Source: Promethearchaeota archaeon
GTDB taxonomy: Archaea; Asgardarchaeota; Lokiarchaeia; Sigyniarchaeales; SOKP01
Assembly: GCA_048939995.1 (NCBI GenBank)
Contig: JBHLOY010000006.1
Location: forward strand, 64,001-128,000
Direction: 5' to 3'
Length of the DNA stretch: 64,000 bases
Shown here: one piece after another, positions 39,758 to 49,474 of the stretch
Layout of the letters: every line of letters begins with the position of its first letter
How positions within the stretch are numbered: position 1 is the first letter of the stretch
The notes under the pieces: model-generated
The model's input: the letters and a program-made list of their open reading frames with translations, nothing else
Database searches by the model: none
What the model was told of the DNA's origin: nothing
Translations under genes and position numbers: made by a program

Positions 39758-40300
39758 TTGGTAAATGTGATAGCAAAAAATGAATCAATCATAAAGAAAA
39801 AACCAAAAGCAAAAGAGCAACCTCCTGCCTTATATTTTGCAATTAGAATAAGAGGGGCCCCAGGGATGAAGAGAACTATTTTAGATACTTTAAAAATGCT
39901 ACGTATGTTTAAAGTTAATCATGGGGTTCTCATTTGGGGAGAAAAGAGCTATTTAGGAATGCTGAATAAATGCAAGGATTATATTGCTTTCGGTGAGATC
40001 GATGAAAAGACATTAACTAGACTTTTAAGAACAAGAGGAAGGATAGAAGGAAATAAACCACTAACAGATGAGCATATTAAAAACCTAACCGATTACAAAA
40101 ACATTAAAGAACTAGCAAAAGCTTTATTGAAAGGAGATATACAATATCGAACTAGAGATATCTACAAAATTAAACCTGTTTTTCGTCTACACCCACCAAA
40201 AAAAGGTTATCGAGGTTCTATTAAACTCCATTATGGAGAGGGTGGTTGCTTAGGATATGTTAAGAGTTATATAAATGAATTAATTCATAAAATGATTTAG
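39758..40300 (+). CDS. rpl30: 50S ribosomal protein uL30
   Basis: IRIRG, TL.MLR and FRLHPPKKG motifs. Confidence 0.94.
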   Translation: MVNVIAKNESIIKKKPKAKEQPPALYFAIRIRGAPGMKRTILDTLKMLRMFKVNHGVLIWGEKSYLGMLNKCKDYIAFGEIDEKTLTRLLRTRGRIEGNKPLTDEHIKNLTDYKNIKELAKALLKGDIQYRTRDIYKIKPVFRLHPPKKGYRGSIKLHYGEGGCLGYVKSYINELIHKMI

Positions 40301-40313
40301 GAAGTGTTTTATA

Positions 40314-40793
40314 ATGAGAAAATATCCCAGAAAGATAACAAAAAAGAGAGGAACTCGAACATGCGGTTTTGGACGAGTTGGGCAACACAGAAAAACTGGG
40401 CAGAGAGCAGGTCGAGGCAAGACAACCCAATGGAATAAAAGTATGAAATCTTACTACCGTAAACAAAAAGAACTTGGTTTTCCTGATCCAGATTGGATTA
40501 TGGGTGCAAAAGGTTTCAAACGCCCTCAAGATATGACTCGTATTTATCAAACTAATGCTCTTAATGTAAAAGATTTAGATTTTAAAATCGATGATTTAGT
40601 TCTACAAAAAGTTGCTTCTAAATCTGGAAATACATACAGTATTAATTTGAATGATATCAATATTCAAAAGGTATTAGGACGTGGTGACATCAATAAAAGA
40701 ATAAATCTCTCTGTAAATAAAGCCTCAAAACAAGCAATAGAAAAGATTGAAGCTGCGGGAGGAAAAGTTACCCTGCTTGCCCAAACAAAATAA
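40314..40793 (+). CDS. rpl15: 50S ribosomal protein uL15
   Basis: RG.RTCG.G...HR, KVLGRG and AIEKIEAAGG motifs. Confidence 0.95.
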   Translation: MRKYPRKITKKRGTRTCGFGRVGQHRKTGQRAGRGKTTQWNKSMKSYYRKQKELGFPDPDWIMGAKGFKRPQDMTRIYQTNALNVKDLDFKIDDLVLQKVASKSGNTYSINLNDINIQKVLGRGDINKRINLSVNKASKQAIEKIEAAGGKVTLLAQTK

Positions 40794-40811
40794 TTATCAA
40801 TCTAGGCTTTT

Positions 40812-41426
40812 TTAGTACAATAATTTATATAATAAACTAACTAATCCTGGTAAAATGAATACAAACCCAAGTGTATTTCCTATTAGATGTGTAGTAGTAA
40901 AAATAATACCTCCAATGTACAATATAATAAAGTTATAAGAATATAATAGGGCTGGTATTATTGTACTAATTATATCGTAAATAAATGTGATTGATGCTCC
41001 AATAAAGCCGAAGATTAACATTATCCGAAAAATGTATAAGTCTTCTTTTGGTTTAAAATATTTTTTTTTACTAAGAAAATTTTGTACATAACCACCTATC
41101 ATTCCAGTCATTGAATAATGAATGATTTGATAAATATATAAGATTAAATCTGTGGGAGGTCCCCAAGGATTGAAAAAATAATAAATCATTGAGCTTATAA
41201 GTCCTATTATTGACCCATTTATTTTACCTAAAATAATTCCTCCCAGAAAAATCATTAACGTAAATAACTCAACATTTGGAATAGCTAAAGCGTATCCTAA
41301 CACCACTGCTAATGCTGAAAAGGAACTGATTAAGGCAATCCGAAATGACTTTTTCTGAAGCCATACAGAACCACTATATACTTCTTTTTTATCCAATTCT
41401 AAACGGCTTTCCAATAATTTCAACAC
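40812..41426 (-). CDS. ECF transporter S component (CbrT/cobalamin-like)
   Basis: IPNVEL, FNPWG and YD..S..THL.GN motifs; about 6 TM segments. Confidence 0.7.
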   Translation of the reverse strand: MLKLLESRLELDKKEVYSGSVWLQKKSFRIALISSFSALAVVLGYALAIPNVELFTLMIFLGGIILGKINGSIIGLISSMIYYFFNPWGPPTDLILYIYQIIHYSMTGMIGGYVQNFLSKKKYFKPKEDLYIFRIMLIFGFIGASITFIYDIISTIIPALLYSYNFIILYIGGIIFTTTHLIGNTLGFVFILPGLVSLLYKLLY

Positions 41427-41545
41427 TTGGTAACTTTACCTAATATAATGATGACATTATGTTTTAAAAAGTTATTGCAAAAACGTTAAATAAAAAAAAG
41501 AATAATAATTAATAATAAAATGAAGTAGGATAAGTTTCCTTAATA

Positions 41546-43318
41546 ATGAAAAAAATATCATTTTTTAGTACCTTAATATTTGTAGCCCTAATATTTGGAA
41601 ATAATTTGTCTCAAGTCAAACTCAATACGTCAAAGCCAGAAAGTTATTCTCCAGATGTTGATTATAATGGAATTTACGTTTATAATGTTACTGATTTTGG
41701 GGGGATTTCAAGTTGGTATAATTTTACTCCATCTCCAGCGGATTCTTTTGAAGGAAATTTTAAAACGAATCCATCAGGACAAATTAAAATCAATTTTACT
41801 GGATTTTTTAACAAAGATCCTAACGATTGGGGGAATATCTTTATGAATCCGATTCCTTGGATGAATATTGAAATACTTGAGAATGATTTAGGTATTGTAA
41901 GAACGAACCTTACCCTTACAAATCGTTCTAGTAGTGAGGTAGCTTATAATCTAATATTAGGATTTAACCAGTTTCAGCCAGGCTTTTTAATTCCGATTAA
42001 TAACATGACTTATATTAAACAAATAGCTCAAGAACAAGTAATAGGATACTTCTCAGGTGAACTTAAATCTGAAGAATCTTATCACTTCCTTTATATAAGT
42101 TATGAACAATCAGGTGGAACCCAAAGGACATATCTTAAATATGATAAGTTAACTGGTTTATTAGTATGGGCTAAAACTAGTGTTGGAAATTATAGACTTG
42201 AAATCACTTCCGTTAATTTCACTCTGAGTGAGGAACGCGTATATAATTATATTGTAGATAATTTTGGTGGAGTCTCTAGTTGGTATAATTTCACTCCATG
42301 GCCAGAAGATTCTTTTGAGGGTAATTTTAAAACAAATCCTTATGGTTTATTAACTATCAATTTTACTGGTTTGTTTAACAAGGATATAAATGATTGGGGG
42401 AATATTTTTAAAAATCCAATTCCATGGTTAAGTATTAAGATTTTTGAGAATATTTCAAACATTCTTGTCTCAAATTTCACCCTATTTAATAGATCAAACA
42501 GCGAAATTGCTTATAACTTGATACTTGGTTATAATACATTTCAACCAGGATTTCGAATAGTTATGATAGATAATCTCACTGGAGTTAAGCAATTAGCTTT
42601 TCAAGAAGCCTTTGGATTTATTTCTGGTAATGTGGAAATTCAAGAGACAGATTTAACCCTAAAAATACAATTCAATCAAATTGGTGGTGCTCAAAAAACC
42701 TCCCTAATTTATGAAAAACAAACAGGATTACTATTATGGGCAGATACATCAATAGGTAACTATTTACTTGAGATAAAAATTCAAGGTTATCACCCATGGT
42801 CTCGCATTATACCTTCCAGTGTCCAAATTGATTTACTACTAGAGGTTTTTCCATATCTTTTGGTTATCTCTATAAGCGGTATTTTAGCAGTATCATCAAT
42901 ATTATGGTCTAAATTTAATCCCAAATACAGAAAAATTAATAAATTTGCCCTTATCGCGATTTTAGGGGTTGCAAGTTTCACTTCATTATTCATTTACATT
43001 TCTAATTTTTCTGTTGGTACTATTAATGAACCCAAACAAGAAGTATATGATATTACTTTAGTAGTTGATTATGGTAATGGTACATTAATCACGGTAGATA
43101 ATATGAACTTAATTAATTATAAAACAACCGCTTTTGATGCTTTAAATTATAGTTGTAACGTACTTTATAAAGATTATGGAGAAATGGGATATCTTGTGGA
43201 AGCTGTGAATGGAACTTATGGAAATTGGTTATTTTATGTAAATGATGAGTATATTGTAGCTGCTGCAAATTTTTATAATCTTGATAATGGAGATGTAGTA
43301 AAATGGGTACTAAGTTAA
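41546..43318 (+). CDS. Membrane-anchored protein with two tandem ~189-aa repeats and a C-terminal DUF4430 (transcobalamin-like) domain
   Basis: Signal-like N-terminus, duplicated domain, two TM segments, then ITLVVDYGNG..TAFDAL..GYLVEAVNG..WLFYVN..LDNGDVVKW. Confidence 0.75.
   Translation: MKKISFFSTLIFVALIFGNNLSQVKLNTSKPESYSPDVDYNGIYVYNVTDFGGISSWYNFTPSPADSFEGNFKTNPSGQIKINFTGFFNKDPNDWGNIFMNPIPWMNIEILENDLGIVRTNLTLTNRSSSEVAYNLILGFNQFQPGFLIPINNMTYIKQIAQEQVIGYFSGELKSEESYHFLYISYEQSGGTQRTYLKYDKLTGLLVWAKTSVGNYRLEITSVNFTLSEERVYNYIVDNFGGVSSWYNFTPWPEDSFEGNFKTNPYGLLTINFTGLFNKDINDWGNIFKNPIPWLSIKIFENISNILVSNFTLFNRSNSEIAYNLILGYNTFQPGFRIVMIDNLTGVKQLAFQEAFGFISGNVEIQETDLTLKIQFNQIGGAQKTSLIYEKQTGLLLWADTSIGNYLLEIKIQGYHPWSRIIPSSVQIDLLLEVFPYLLVISISGILAVSSILWSKFNPKYRKINKFALIAILGVASFTSLFIYISNFSVGTINEPKQEVYDITLVVDYGNGTLITVDNMNLINYKTTAFDALNYSCNVLYKDYGEMGYLVEAVNGTYGNWLFYVNDEYIVAAANFYNLDNGDVVKWVLS
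41675..42790 (+). repeat. Intragenic direct duplication, period 567 nt
   Basis: FGGISSWYNFTP..DSFEGNFKTNP (unit starting 41675) recurs as FGGVSSWYNFTP..DSFEGNFKTNP (unit starting 42242). Confidence 0.9.
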
Positions 43319-43335
43319 TCTTAGCCCATCGAATG

Positions 43336-43770
43336 TTATGATTTTCTATAAGAAGTCTGTATTTTCTTAAGAGTAGGCTCCATTTCCTTAAAGGATTTTC
43401 GAATTTTATGAAAATAATAACCTAATTTATATCCTTTTTTACAATTAGTAAAGAGCATGAAATTATTATCCGCATCTCCCACAATAATAATAGTATATCC
43501 CTTTACCCCCCTAATCACAATTTCTCGTAATTCTCCTTGGCCTAAGCCAGAACTTATTTTTTCTCCCAAGGAAATTAATGTTGCAGGACTTGCGCTGTAT
43601 ACATCAGCAACTATATCTGCTGTTTCAGAACTAGCAATTCTTAATCCTGTTTTAGATACCAAAGCAGTACCCTCAAGGTCAGTTGAGCTCTCCAAATGCT
43701 CTAAGTTGCGCATAAGTTCATCTAAAATTTCTTGATCAATCTCAATTTCAGTAGCAGGGATATGTTCCAT
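43336..43770 (-). CDS. Roadblock/LC7 (MglB/LAMTOR-like) domain protein
   Basis: LEGTALVSKTGLRIAS and LG.G.L.EIVIRG..GY motifs. Confidence 0.85.
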   Translation of the reverse strand: MEHIPATEIEIDQEILDELMRNLEHLESSTDLEGTALVSKTGLRIASSETADIVADVYSASPATLISLGEKISSGLGQGELREIVIRGVKGYTIIIVGDADNNFMLFTNCKKGYKLGYYFHKIRKSFKEMEPTLKKIQTSYRKS

Positions 43771-43797
43771 TATTATAACCTCACTTAATAATATAAA

Positions 43798-45240
43798 TTA
43801 ATTTTGAGAATTTAAATCTTTTTTAGATTTTAATTTATAACTTCTAAGTTCCCTTAAAATGACATAATCACCTTTTTTCACAATAATTTGACTATTTTCA
43901 AGTCCCACAATTACTGCTCCTTTAGTTCCAAATGGACTAATTATTTTAGTGAAAGGCTTCTCTAATCTACGACCGACGATCTTTTTGGCACCAGTTAAAC
44001 TTTGGGCTAAGCCAGTACAAATTATACCTTGAGAGTGCGATGGATTTTGTATAATTCCCTTTTTTACTTTATATCTATAGATTATAGGTGATTCCTTGAA
44101 TGTTTTAATCAATTTAGCTGAGCCTAGTACCCTTAAAGTAGTTGGAGGTAGATCTAAGCGGCTTAATAATATTGTAGCTTTTTCCTTCCTAAATAGAATG
44201 TTCTCATTGAAACATAGAAAAGCTTTGAAAGTTATAAAATCATTAGTTGCATTCATTTGAATCTTTTTTCCATTAGATTCAATAAAAGGATAAATATAAC
44301 CTGTTGATGTGAACATTCCTATAGTGATATGTACTTGTGTGCCAAAATGAGTTTCTGCTTTAAATATTTTATTTTTTTTCACCTCAACTTCAATTATATC
44401 AGAATATTCAAACGCATCCTTATTGTCAGTTGCATAACAACCTCTAAAGACATTTTTAGCATCTATGCCTTTAATATTAATACCTACTCTATCACCAGCT
44501 TTCGCATTGTTAACTGTTTGATGAAATATTTGAATTGATTTTACTTTACCAGAGAACCCCACAGGCATTATGTATATTGTTTGATTTAAACCTATTTTGC
44601 CTTGTAAAATCGTGCCAGTTATTATTGTTCCTCTTCCTTTTATAGAAAAATGATGATCAATCGGAATTATTATGTCTCCTTCAAATTCCCTTTGTATCTT
44701 TAAACCTTTTACTTTATCTAAAATCCCTTCTTTTAATTCCCGAAATCCTATTACCTTTTTCGCAGATACAGCGAAGATAGGCACTTTGGATCCAAAACTG
44801 GTTGATTGAAAAAAGGCTCTGGTTTTCTTAATTTCGTGATTTATATCACCATTAAATATATCTGTTTTATTTAATACGACTATAACGTCCTTAATATTTA
44901 ATGATTCTATCATAATAATATGTTCACCGGTTTGAATTTGTGGACCTTTATTGATATCAATTACAATTATTGCACAATCAATTATTTCTACTGAAGAAGC
45001 ACTTATTCTGATTAAGTCTGCATGACCAGGACCATCAACTAAGGTAATAATATACTTATCTAACACAAAACTTGTAAATCCTAAATCAATAGTTATACCT
45101 CTTTCCTTACTTTGTGGATGCGCATCAATACCTGCAGTTGAGATAATTTCACTAAGAACTGCAGCTAAAGCTGTCTTACCACTATCTATATGCCCGTATA
45201 ACCCAATATGAATGGGAATTAAGTTCTTAAAATCAATCAA
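43798..45240 (-). CDS. selB: Selenocysteine-specific elongation factor SelB/eEFSec
   Basis: GHIDSGKT, PQSKERGITIDLGFTSF, DGPGHADLI, NKTD, DHHFSIKGRGT and C-terminal FGTKG; near tRNA-Sec and SepSecS. Confidence 0.9.
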   Translation of the reverse strand: MIDFKNLIPIHIGLYGHIDSGKTALAAVLSEIISTAGIDAHPQSKERGITIDLGFTSFVLDKYIITLVDGPGHADLIRISASSVEIIDCAIIVIDINKGPQIQTGEHIIMIESLNIKDVIVVLNKTDIFNGDINHEIKKTRAFFQSTSFGSKVPIFAVSAKKVIGFRELKEGILDKVKGLKIQREFEGDIIIPIDHHFSIKGRGTIITGTILQGKIGLNQTIYIMPVGFSGKVKSIQIFHQTVNNAKAGDRVGINIKGIDAKNVFRGCYATDNKDAFEYSDIIEVEVKKNKIFKAETHFGTQVHITIGMFTSTGYIYPFIESNGKKIQMNATNDFITFKAFLCFNENILFRKEKATILLSRLDLPPTTLRVLGSAKLIKTFKESPIIYRYKVKKGIIQNPSHSQGIICTGLAQSLTGAKKIVGRRLEKPFTKIISPFGTKGAVIVGLENSQIIVKKGDYVILRELRSYKLKSKKDLNSQN

Positions 45241-45392
45241 GAGTATAATTGTAACTTTCTTTTTATCCTAAAAGAGGAAATTAAAAAATTCTCAATTATT
45301 TTTCTAAATATTGGACTCCAATAAAATTTAATTAAAAGGATTTTAATTTTATTATAATATCTATAATATATTAAAAAAGAAAGTTGTGGAAA

Positions 45393-46259
45393 ATGCCCCG
45401 TTATTGTGTCTATTGTGGTAATCCATTGAAACCTACTGATAAATATTGCATTATATGCGGTAAACCTGTTTTGAGTGATGTTCAGAAACCCAAGGCAAAA
45501 GAAGTTCAAAAACCTAAAGATGTTATAAAAGAAAAAGTAAAAGAACTCCGAGGAAATCAAAAATCGCTTGAGATCGAAATTGAAGAGGAACCGAAAGAAG
45601 TTGAAATCAAAAAAGAAAAGAAGAAAAAGGCTAAAGGTGAAGGAATAGTAGAAAAACCTTTGCCATTTGATGTTAAAGAGCAGATGATCCTTTATATTGA
45701 GTATGAGGATATACAGTTGAATAAAAAATTACTTGCAGAAAAATTAAAAGAGATCCAAAAATCTTTGAACGACCCTCGTTATGATGTAGAGGAGGAATTT
45801 AAGAAATCAATTAATGTTAAAATTGATGCAATAAAAACTCTCATCAATGAACTTAAACGAAAAGAGACTGAAGTCAAAGAAAAAATGGAACAACCATTTA
45901 TAGTTCAAAGGATTAAAGATGATATTGATAAAAGAGTTTTTCAATTAAAAAATTTAACTCAAGAATTCAAATTACGGAAAATAGATAAAGAAACTTTTGA
46001 ACAATTAAAAGAGAAATACAAAGAAGAGAGAGCAGACTTTGAGGAAGAACGGGAGGATCTAATTGCTGGTATGAAATTATGGATCAAAGAATTAAAAATG
46101 GAAAAGTCTGAAATAAGGGCTGAAAGAAATCTCAATAAGGGGAGATTTTCTTCAAAAGAAATTAGTGAAGAAGATTATAAAGAAAAAGATAAAGCATTTG
46201 ATATAAAACTAAAAAAAATTGATGTGAAGATTAATACATTAGAAAAACTTGTAGAATAA
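45393..46259 (+). CDS. Zinc-ribbon plus coiled-coil protein
   Basis: N-terminal CVYCG..CIICG followed by a long charged helical region. Confidence 0.7.
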   Translation: MPRYCVYCGNPLKPTDKYCIICGKPVLSDVQKPKAKEVQKPKDVIKEKVKELRGNQKSLEIEIEEEPKEVEIKKEKKKKAKGEGIVEKPLPFDVKEQMILYIEYEDIQLNKKLLAEKLKEIQKSLNDPRYDVEEEFKKSINVKIDAIKTLINELKRKETEVKEKMEQPFIVQRIKDDIDKRVFQLKNLTQEFKLRKIDKETFEQLKEKYKEERADFEEEREDLIAGMKLWIKELKMEKSEIRAERNLNKGRFSSKEISEEDYKEKDKAFDIKLKKIDVKINTLEKLVE

Positions 46260-46300
46260 CTAAATTTTATATTAATTCTAACATAATTATTATCGATCTT

Positions 46301-46426
46301 ATGAGGAAAATTTTAATTGGTTTTGTAATATTTTTGGTAGCTTTATCATTTCTAACGATCGGAATTATTGAAGCTCAATATTCATTAATTAGTACATTTT
46401 ATGAAGAAATGATTCTCATACCTTAA
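46301..46426 (+). CDS. Small single-pass membrane protein (41 aa, not in the ORF track)
   Basis: MRKILIGFVIFLVALSFLTIGIIEAQYSLISTFYEEMILIP* fills the intergenic gap. Confidence 0.55.
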   Translation: MRKILIGFVIFLVALSFLTIGIIEAQYSLISTFYEEMILIP

Positions 46427-46438
46427 CCTTAATAAACT

Positions 46439-46741
46439 TTAATCATATCTCTTTATTTTTCCCGAAGAAATAGAATCTTCTAAAAATCCTTTTTTTTGGT
46501 ATAACTTCTCTTGAGATCTCCGGAATTTATTTACATCCTTATAATGTTCTTTACAGAGAAAGATTTTTTTTTGTTTATTCTCTTTGTACTTCAGATCCGC
46601 TTTTTCTAAATACGATTTCCATTTACTTTCTGAGAGAGATCTTGTAGCTAACTCACTACAACCTATAACAGAACATCTTTTTCCTTTGTTTGTGGTACTA
46701 GTTAAATCTCTTTTTTCTCTGAGTTCTTTTGGGAGTTTCAA
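46439..46741 (-). CDS. Small archaeal Zn-finger-like hypothetical protein
   Basis: CSVIGC...RSLS...LCKEHYK; GGAGA SD before the TTG start. Confidence 0.65.
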   Translation of the reverse strand: MKLPKELREKRDLTSTTNKGKRCSVIGCSELATRSLSESKWKSYLEKADLKYKENKQKKIFLCKEHYKDVNKFRRSQEKLYQKKGFLEDSISSGKIKRYD

Positions 46742-46826
46742 TTTTAAACATCTCCAAAAAAATTTTATTAGGATTGAATATTATGTTTTTTAATTAACTA
46801 ACATCTTAAAATCTTTTCAAAAACTA

Positions 46827-47558
46827 ATGGATAATTTAAATTTAATTTTCAATGAGACTCTTGTAAGAAAGAAAATTTCTGATTGTGATTCTCCTTTAAG
46901 GATTTCTCTAAAAGATACTTTTTTTACAAGTTCCGCTGTTATATTTTCTATAATTCAATATGACAATAAACCTTTTGAATTAATTCTAATACATCGTACT
47001 GAAAGAGGTTCAAGGCATCGAGGAGAAATATCTTTTCCAGGGGGCAAATTTGAACCCGATAAAGATAAAAACCTGAGAGATACAGCCCTAAGGGAAACAG
47101 AAGAGGAAATAGGAGTTCCAAGAGATAAAATAAAAATTATTGGTTGTCTTGACGATTTTCCGACAATGACAAAGTATATAATAACACCTTTTATTGCAAT
47201 TATTGACAAAAATCAGAAATTGGTAAAAGATGATCGCGAAGTTCAGAGTATCTTGAAAATTCCTATTGATTTCTTTATTCTAAAAAAAAATTTTAAAGAA
47301 CAAGCAATTAGCATTGAAAATAAAAAGTTTCCTATTTTTTATTTTAATTATTTCGATCCTACAAGTAAAAAAAATTATACAATTTGGGGGGCTACAGCCT
47401 ATATGATATCAAATTTTATTGAAAAAATATATGATTACAATATGTCAGAATTAGGATTAAATCGATTTAAACTTGAAAAAATTAAGCAATTAAAAGAATA
47501 TATTAAATATAGGAATCAAATTGTTAACAAGTTTAAAGTTACAAATGATAGGAGTTAA
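46827..47558 (+). CDS. CoA pyrophosphatase-type Nudix hydrolase
   Basis: HRGEISFPGGK, TALRETEEEIG and IWGATA motifs. Confidence 0.9.
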   Translation: MDNLNLIFNETLVRKKISDCDSPLRISLKDTFFTSSAVIFSIIQYDNKPFELILIHRTERGSRHRGEISFPGGKFEPDKDKNLRDTALRETEEEIGVPRDKIKIIGCLDDFPTMTKYIITPFIAIIDKNQKLVKDDREVQSILKIPIDFFILKKNFKEQAISIENKKFPIFYFNYFDPTSKKNYTIWGATAYMISNFIEKIYDYNMSELGLNRFKLEKIKQLKEYIKYRNQIVNKFKVTNDRS

Positions 47559-47561
47559 CCA

Positions 47562-48242
47562 GTGAACTATAACGATTTCAGATTTCATGGGGATTTGGTT
47601 AGAAGCAAATTAAAAGATTTTAACTCACCGAAAAGACTTAAAATGCAACAAACACCATTTGTCAATTCAGCTGTATTGCTTTTAATTCAACCAATTGAAG
47701 AGAAACCATATAATATTGTTATGATACGCCGTACAAAAAGAATGAACGATAAGCATTCAGGTGAAATGTCTTTTCCCGGAGGAAAATTCGATGCTAATTC
47801 TGATCACACCTTATTAGATACTGCTCTAAGGGAAGTTAATGAAGAAATAGGAATCTCTCGACAGAATATAATTATCTTAGGGTGCATAGATGATCATCTT
47901 ACTCCTAAAGGATATATTATAACCCCTTTTGTTGGATATGTGGTCAAAGAACTTGACTTTGTTAAACAAAAAGAAGAAGTTAATGAGATTGTAAAAATTC
48001 CAATCAATTTCTTCGCAAATAAGAATAATTATAAGGAAAAAACTTATAATATAAAGGGAGATCAAATTGCCGTCGGTAAATTTAAATATAGGGCACCGAA
48101 TGGCAGATTGTATGTTATTTTTGGTGCAACATCTCATATTATTGTTAACTATATAGATAGCGTATATAATGTAGGTTTGATGACCCCTGGAAGTAGAAGA
48201 ATAAAATGCAACGATATAGTAGATAAAATAATTAGGAATTAG
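47562..48242 (+). CDS. CoA pyrophosphatase-type Nudix hydrolase (tandem paralog)
   Basis: HSGEMSFPGGK, TALREVNEEIG and IFGATS motifs. Confidence 0.9.
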   Translation: MNYNDFRFHGDLVRSKLKDFNSPKRLKMQQTPFVNSAVLLLIQPIEEKPYNIVMIRRTKRMNDKHSGEMSFPGGKFDANSDHTLLDTALREVNEEIGISRQNIIILGCIDDHLTPKGYIITPFVGYVVKELDFVKQKEEVNEIVKIPINFFANKNNYKEKTYNIKGDQIAVGKFKYRAPNGRLYVIFGATSHIIVNYIDSVYNVGLMTPGSRRIKCNDIVDKIIRN

Positions 48243-48256
48243 AATTAAGAAATCTA

Positions 48257-49291
48257 TTAATAACTTATTCGAGGATCTAACATGCCATATATCACATCTG
48301 TAACTAGATTAATAAGAACATAAGAAATTGTGATAAAAAATACTATCCCATTTAATACCCAATAATCACTAAGTGCAATTGATGCTGTTAATAAATCTCC
48401 TACGCCAATAAAATTGAAAGTGACTTCTGTAAGAACTGCACCAGTAAAAAGACCACCAAGATTTAATCCTACTACAGCTACTGTAGGTATTAACGCATTT
48501 TTCCGGGCATGAGTATATAACACGTTTTTTTCATCACAACCCTTAACTCTGGCAGTTCGTATATAATCTTCTTCTAGAATCTCCAACATACTTGAGCGAG
48601 TTTGTCTGGTAATATTTCCCAGCATATGGAAGGTTAAAACCAATACAGGTAAAATTAAATGATATAAATAATCTGAGATTATATAAAATTCCCCTGAAAT
48701 TAAAGCATCAATTATTCTAAAGCCAGTAACACGAGCAGGATCGGAATAACTATAATTCTTATACCCAGTTATAGGGAAAAGTTTTAAAATATAACCAAAA
48801 ACATATTGAAATATCAATCCTAAGAAAAATACTGGAATTGAAACTCCTAATAAGGAGAAACCTCTTACAAAGGTATCCTTTGCTTTATTTCTATGTTTTG
48901 CTGATATTATTCCTGTTTTAATTCCAAGTGGTATTGCTATAAGCATCGAAAAAACTGCTAAATCTACAGTTCGAGGAATTCTTTGACCTATTAAATCCCA
49001 TACAGGTACTCCTCGTACAACTGAAATAGAATATCCCCAATTGCCTGTAAATAAGTCTTTTAGGTATATAGCATACTGTTCCAATATCGGTTTATCAAGT
49101 CCAAGTAACCTAAGGGCTCGTTCATAATCCTCTGGAGAAATACCTCGTTCTAACTGCCCGAGATTAGCAACATATCCTAAAACAGGATCACCAGGCATAA
49201 GCCTCGATAGTATAAAAGTTAATGTTAAAGTCCCGAACAAAATTGGAATCAAAAATATTAATCTACGAGCTATATATCTAACTAAACTCAT
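48257..49291 (-). CDS. Orphan DppB/OppB-type ABC permease
   Basis: Close paralog of 5547..6566 (SAKHRNKAKD, DYIRTARVKG, LDPRISY). Confidence 0.9.
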   Translation of the reverse strand: MSLVRYIARRLIFLIPILFGTLTLTFILSRLMPGDPVLGYVANLGQLERGISPEDYERALRLLGLDKPILEQYAIYLKDLFTGNWGYSISVVRGVPVWDLIGQRIPRTVDLAVFSMLIAIPLGIKTGIISAKHRNKAKDTFVRGFSLLGVSIPVFFLGLIFQYVFGYILKLFPITGYKNYSYSDPARVTGFRIIDALISGEFYIISDYLYHLILPVLVLTFHMLGNITRQTRSSMLEILEEDYIRTARVKGCDEKNVLYTHARKNALIPTVAVVGLNLGGLFTGAVLTEVTFNFIGVGDLLTASIALSDYWVLNGIVFFITISYVLINLVTDVIYGMLDPRISY

Positions 49292-49443
49292 TCAATTTTG
49301 GCTGAAATATAAATTTTTATAATTATAACTCAAAGAAGTAAACTTAAAAATTTAATCATTGAATTGATATGATATATATGTGAAATTGATTTTAAAAGAA
49401 TAGATTTTCTGTATTAAACAATAAACCATAAACCATAAATTTC

Positions 49444-49452
49444 TTTTAAAAC
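49444..49452 (+). promoter_or_regulatory. Putative TATA box for tRNA-Sec
   Basis: TTTTAAAA lies about 24-31 nt upstream of the tRNA-Sec 5' end. The AT-rich background lowers specificity. Confidence 0.4.
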
Positions 49453-49474
49453 CATCTACTTAATTATTTAAAGT

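Noticed and set aside
45393-46259. Zn-ribbon coiled-coil protein as CdvA or a Vps23/Vps37-like subunit
   Set aside because: The 'kIdkE.f/y' helical motif is too generic to support the call by eye.
49413-49456. Short TAAACCA-like tandem repeats upstream of tRNA-Sec
   Set aside because: Only 2-4 imperfect copies in AT-rich DNA; not a CRISPR array and not distinguishable from chance.
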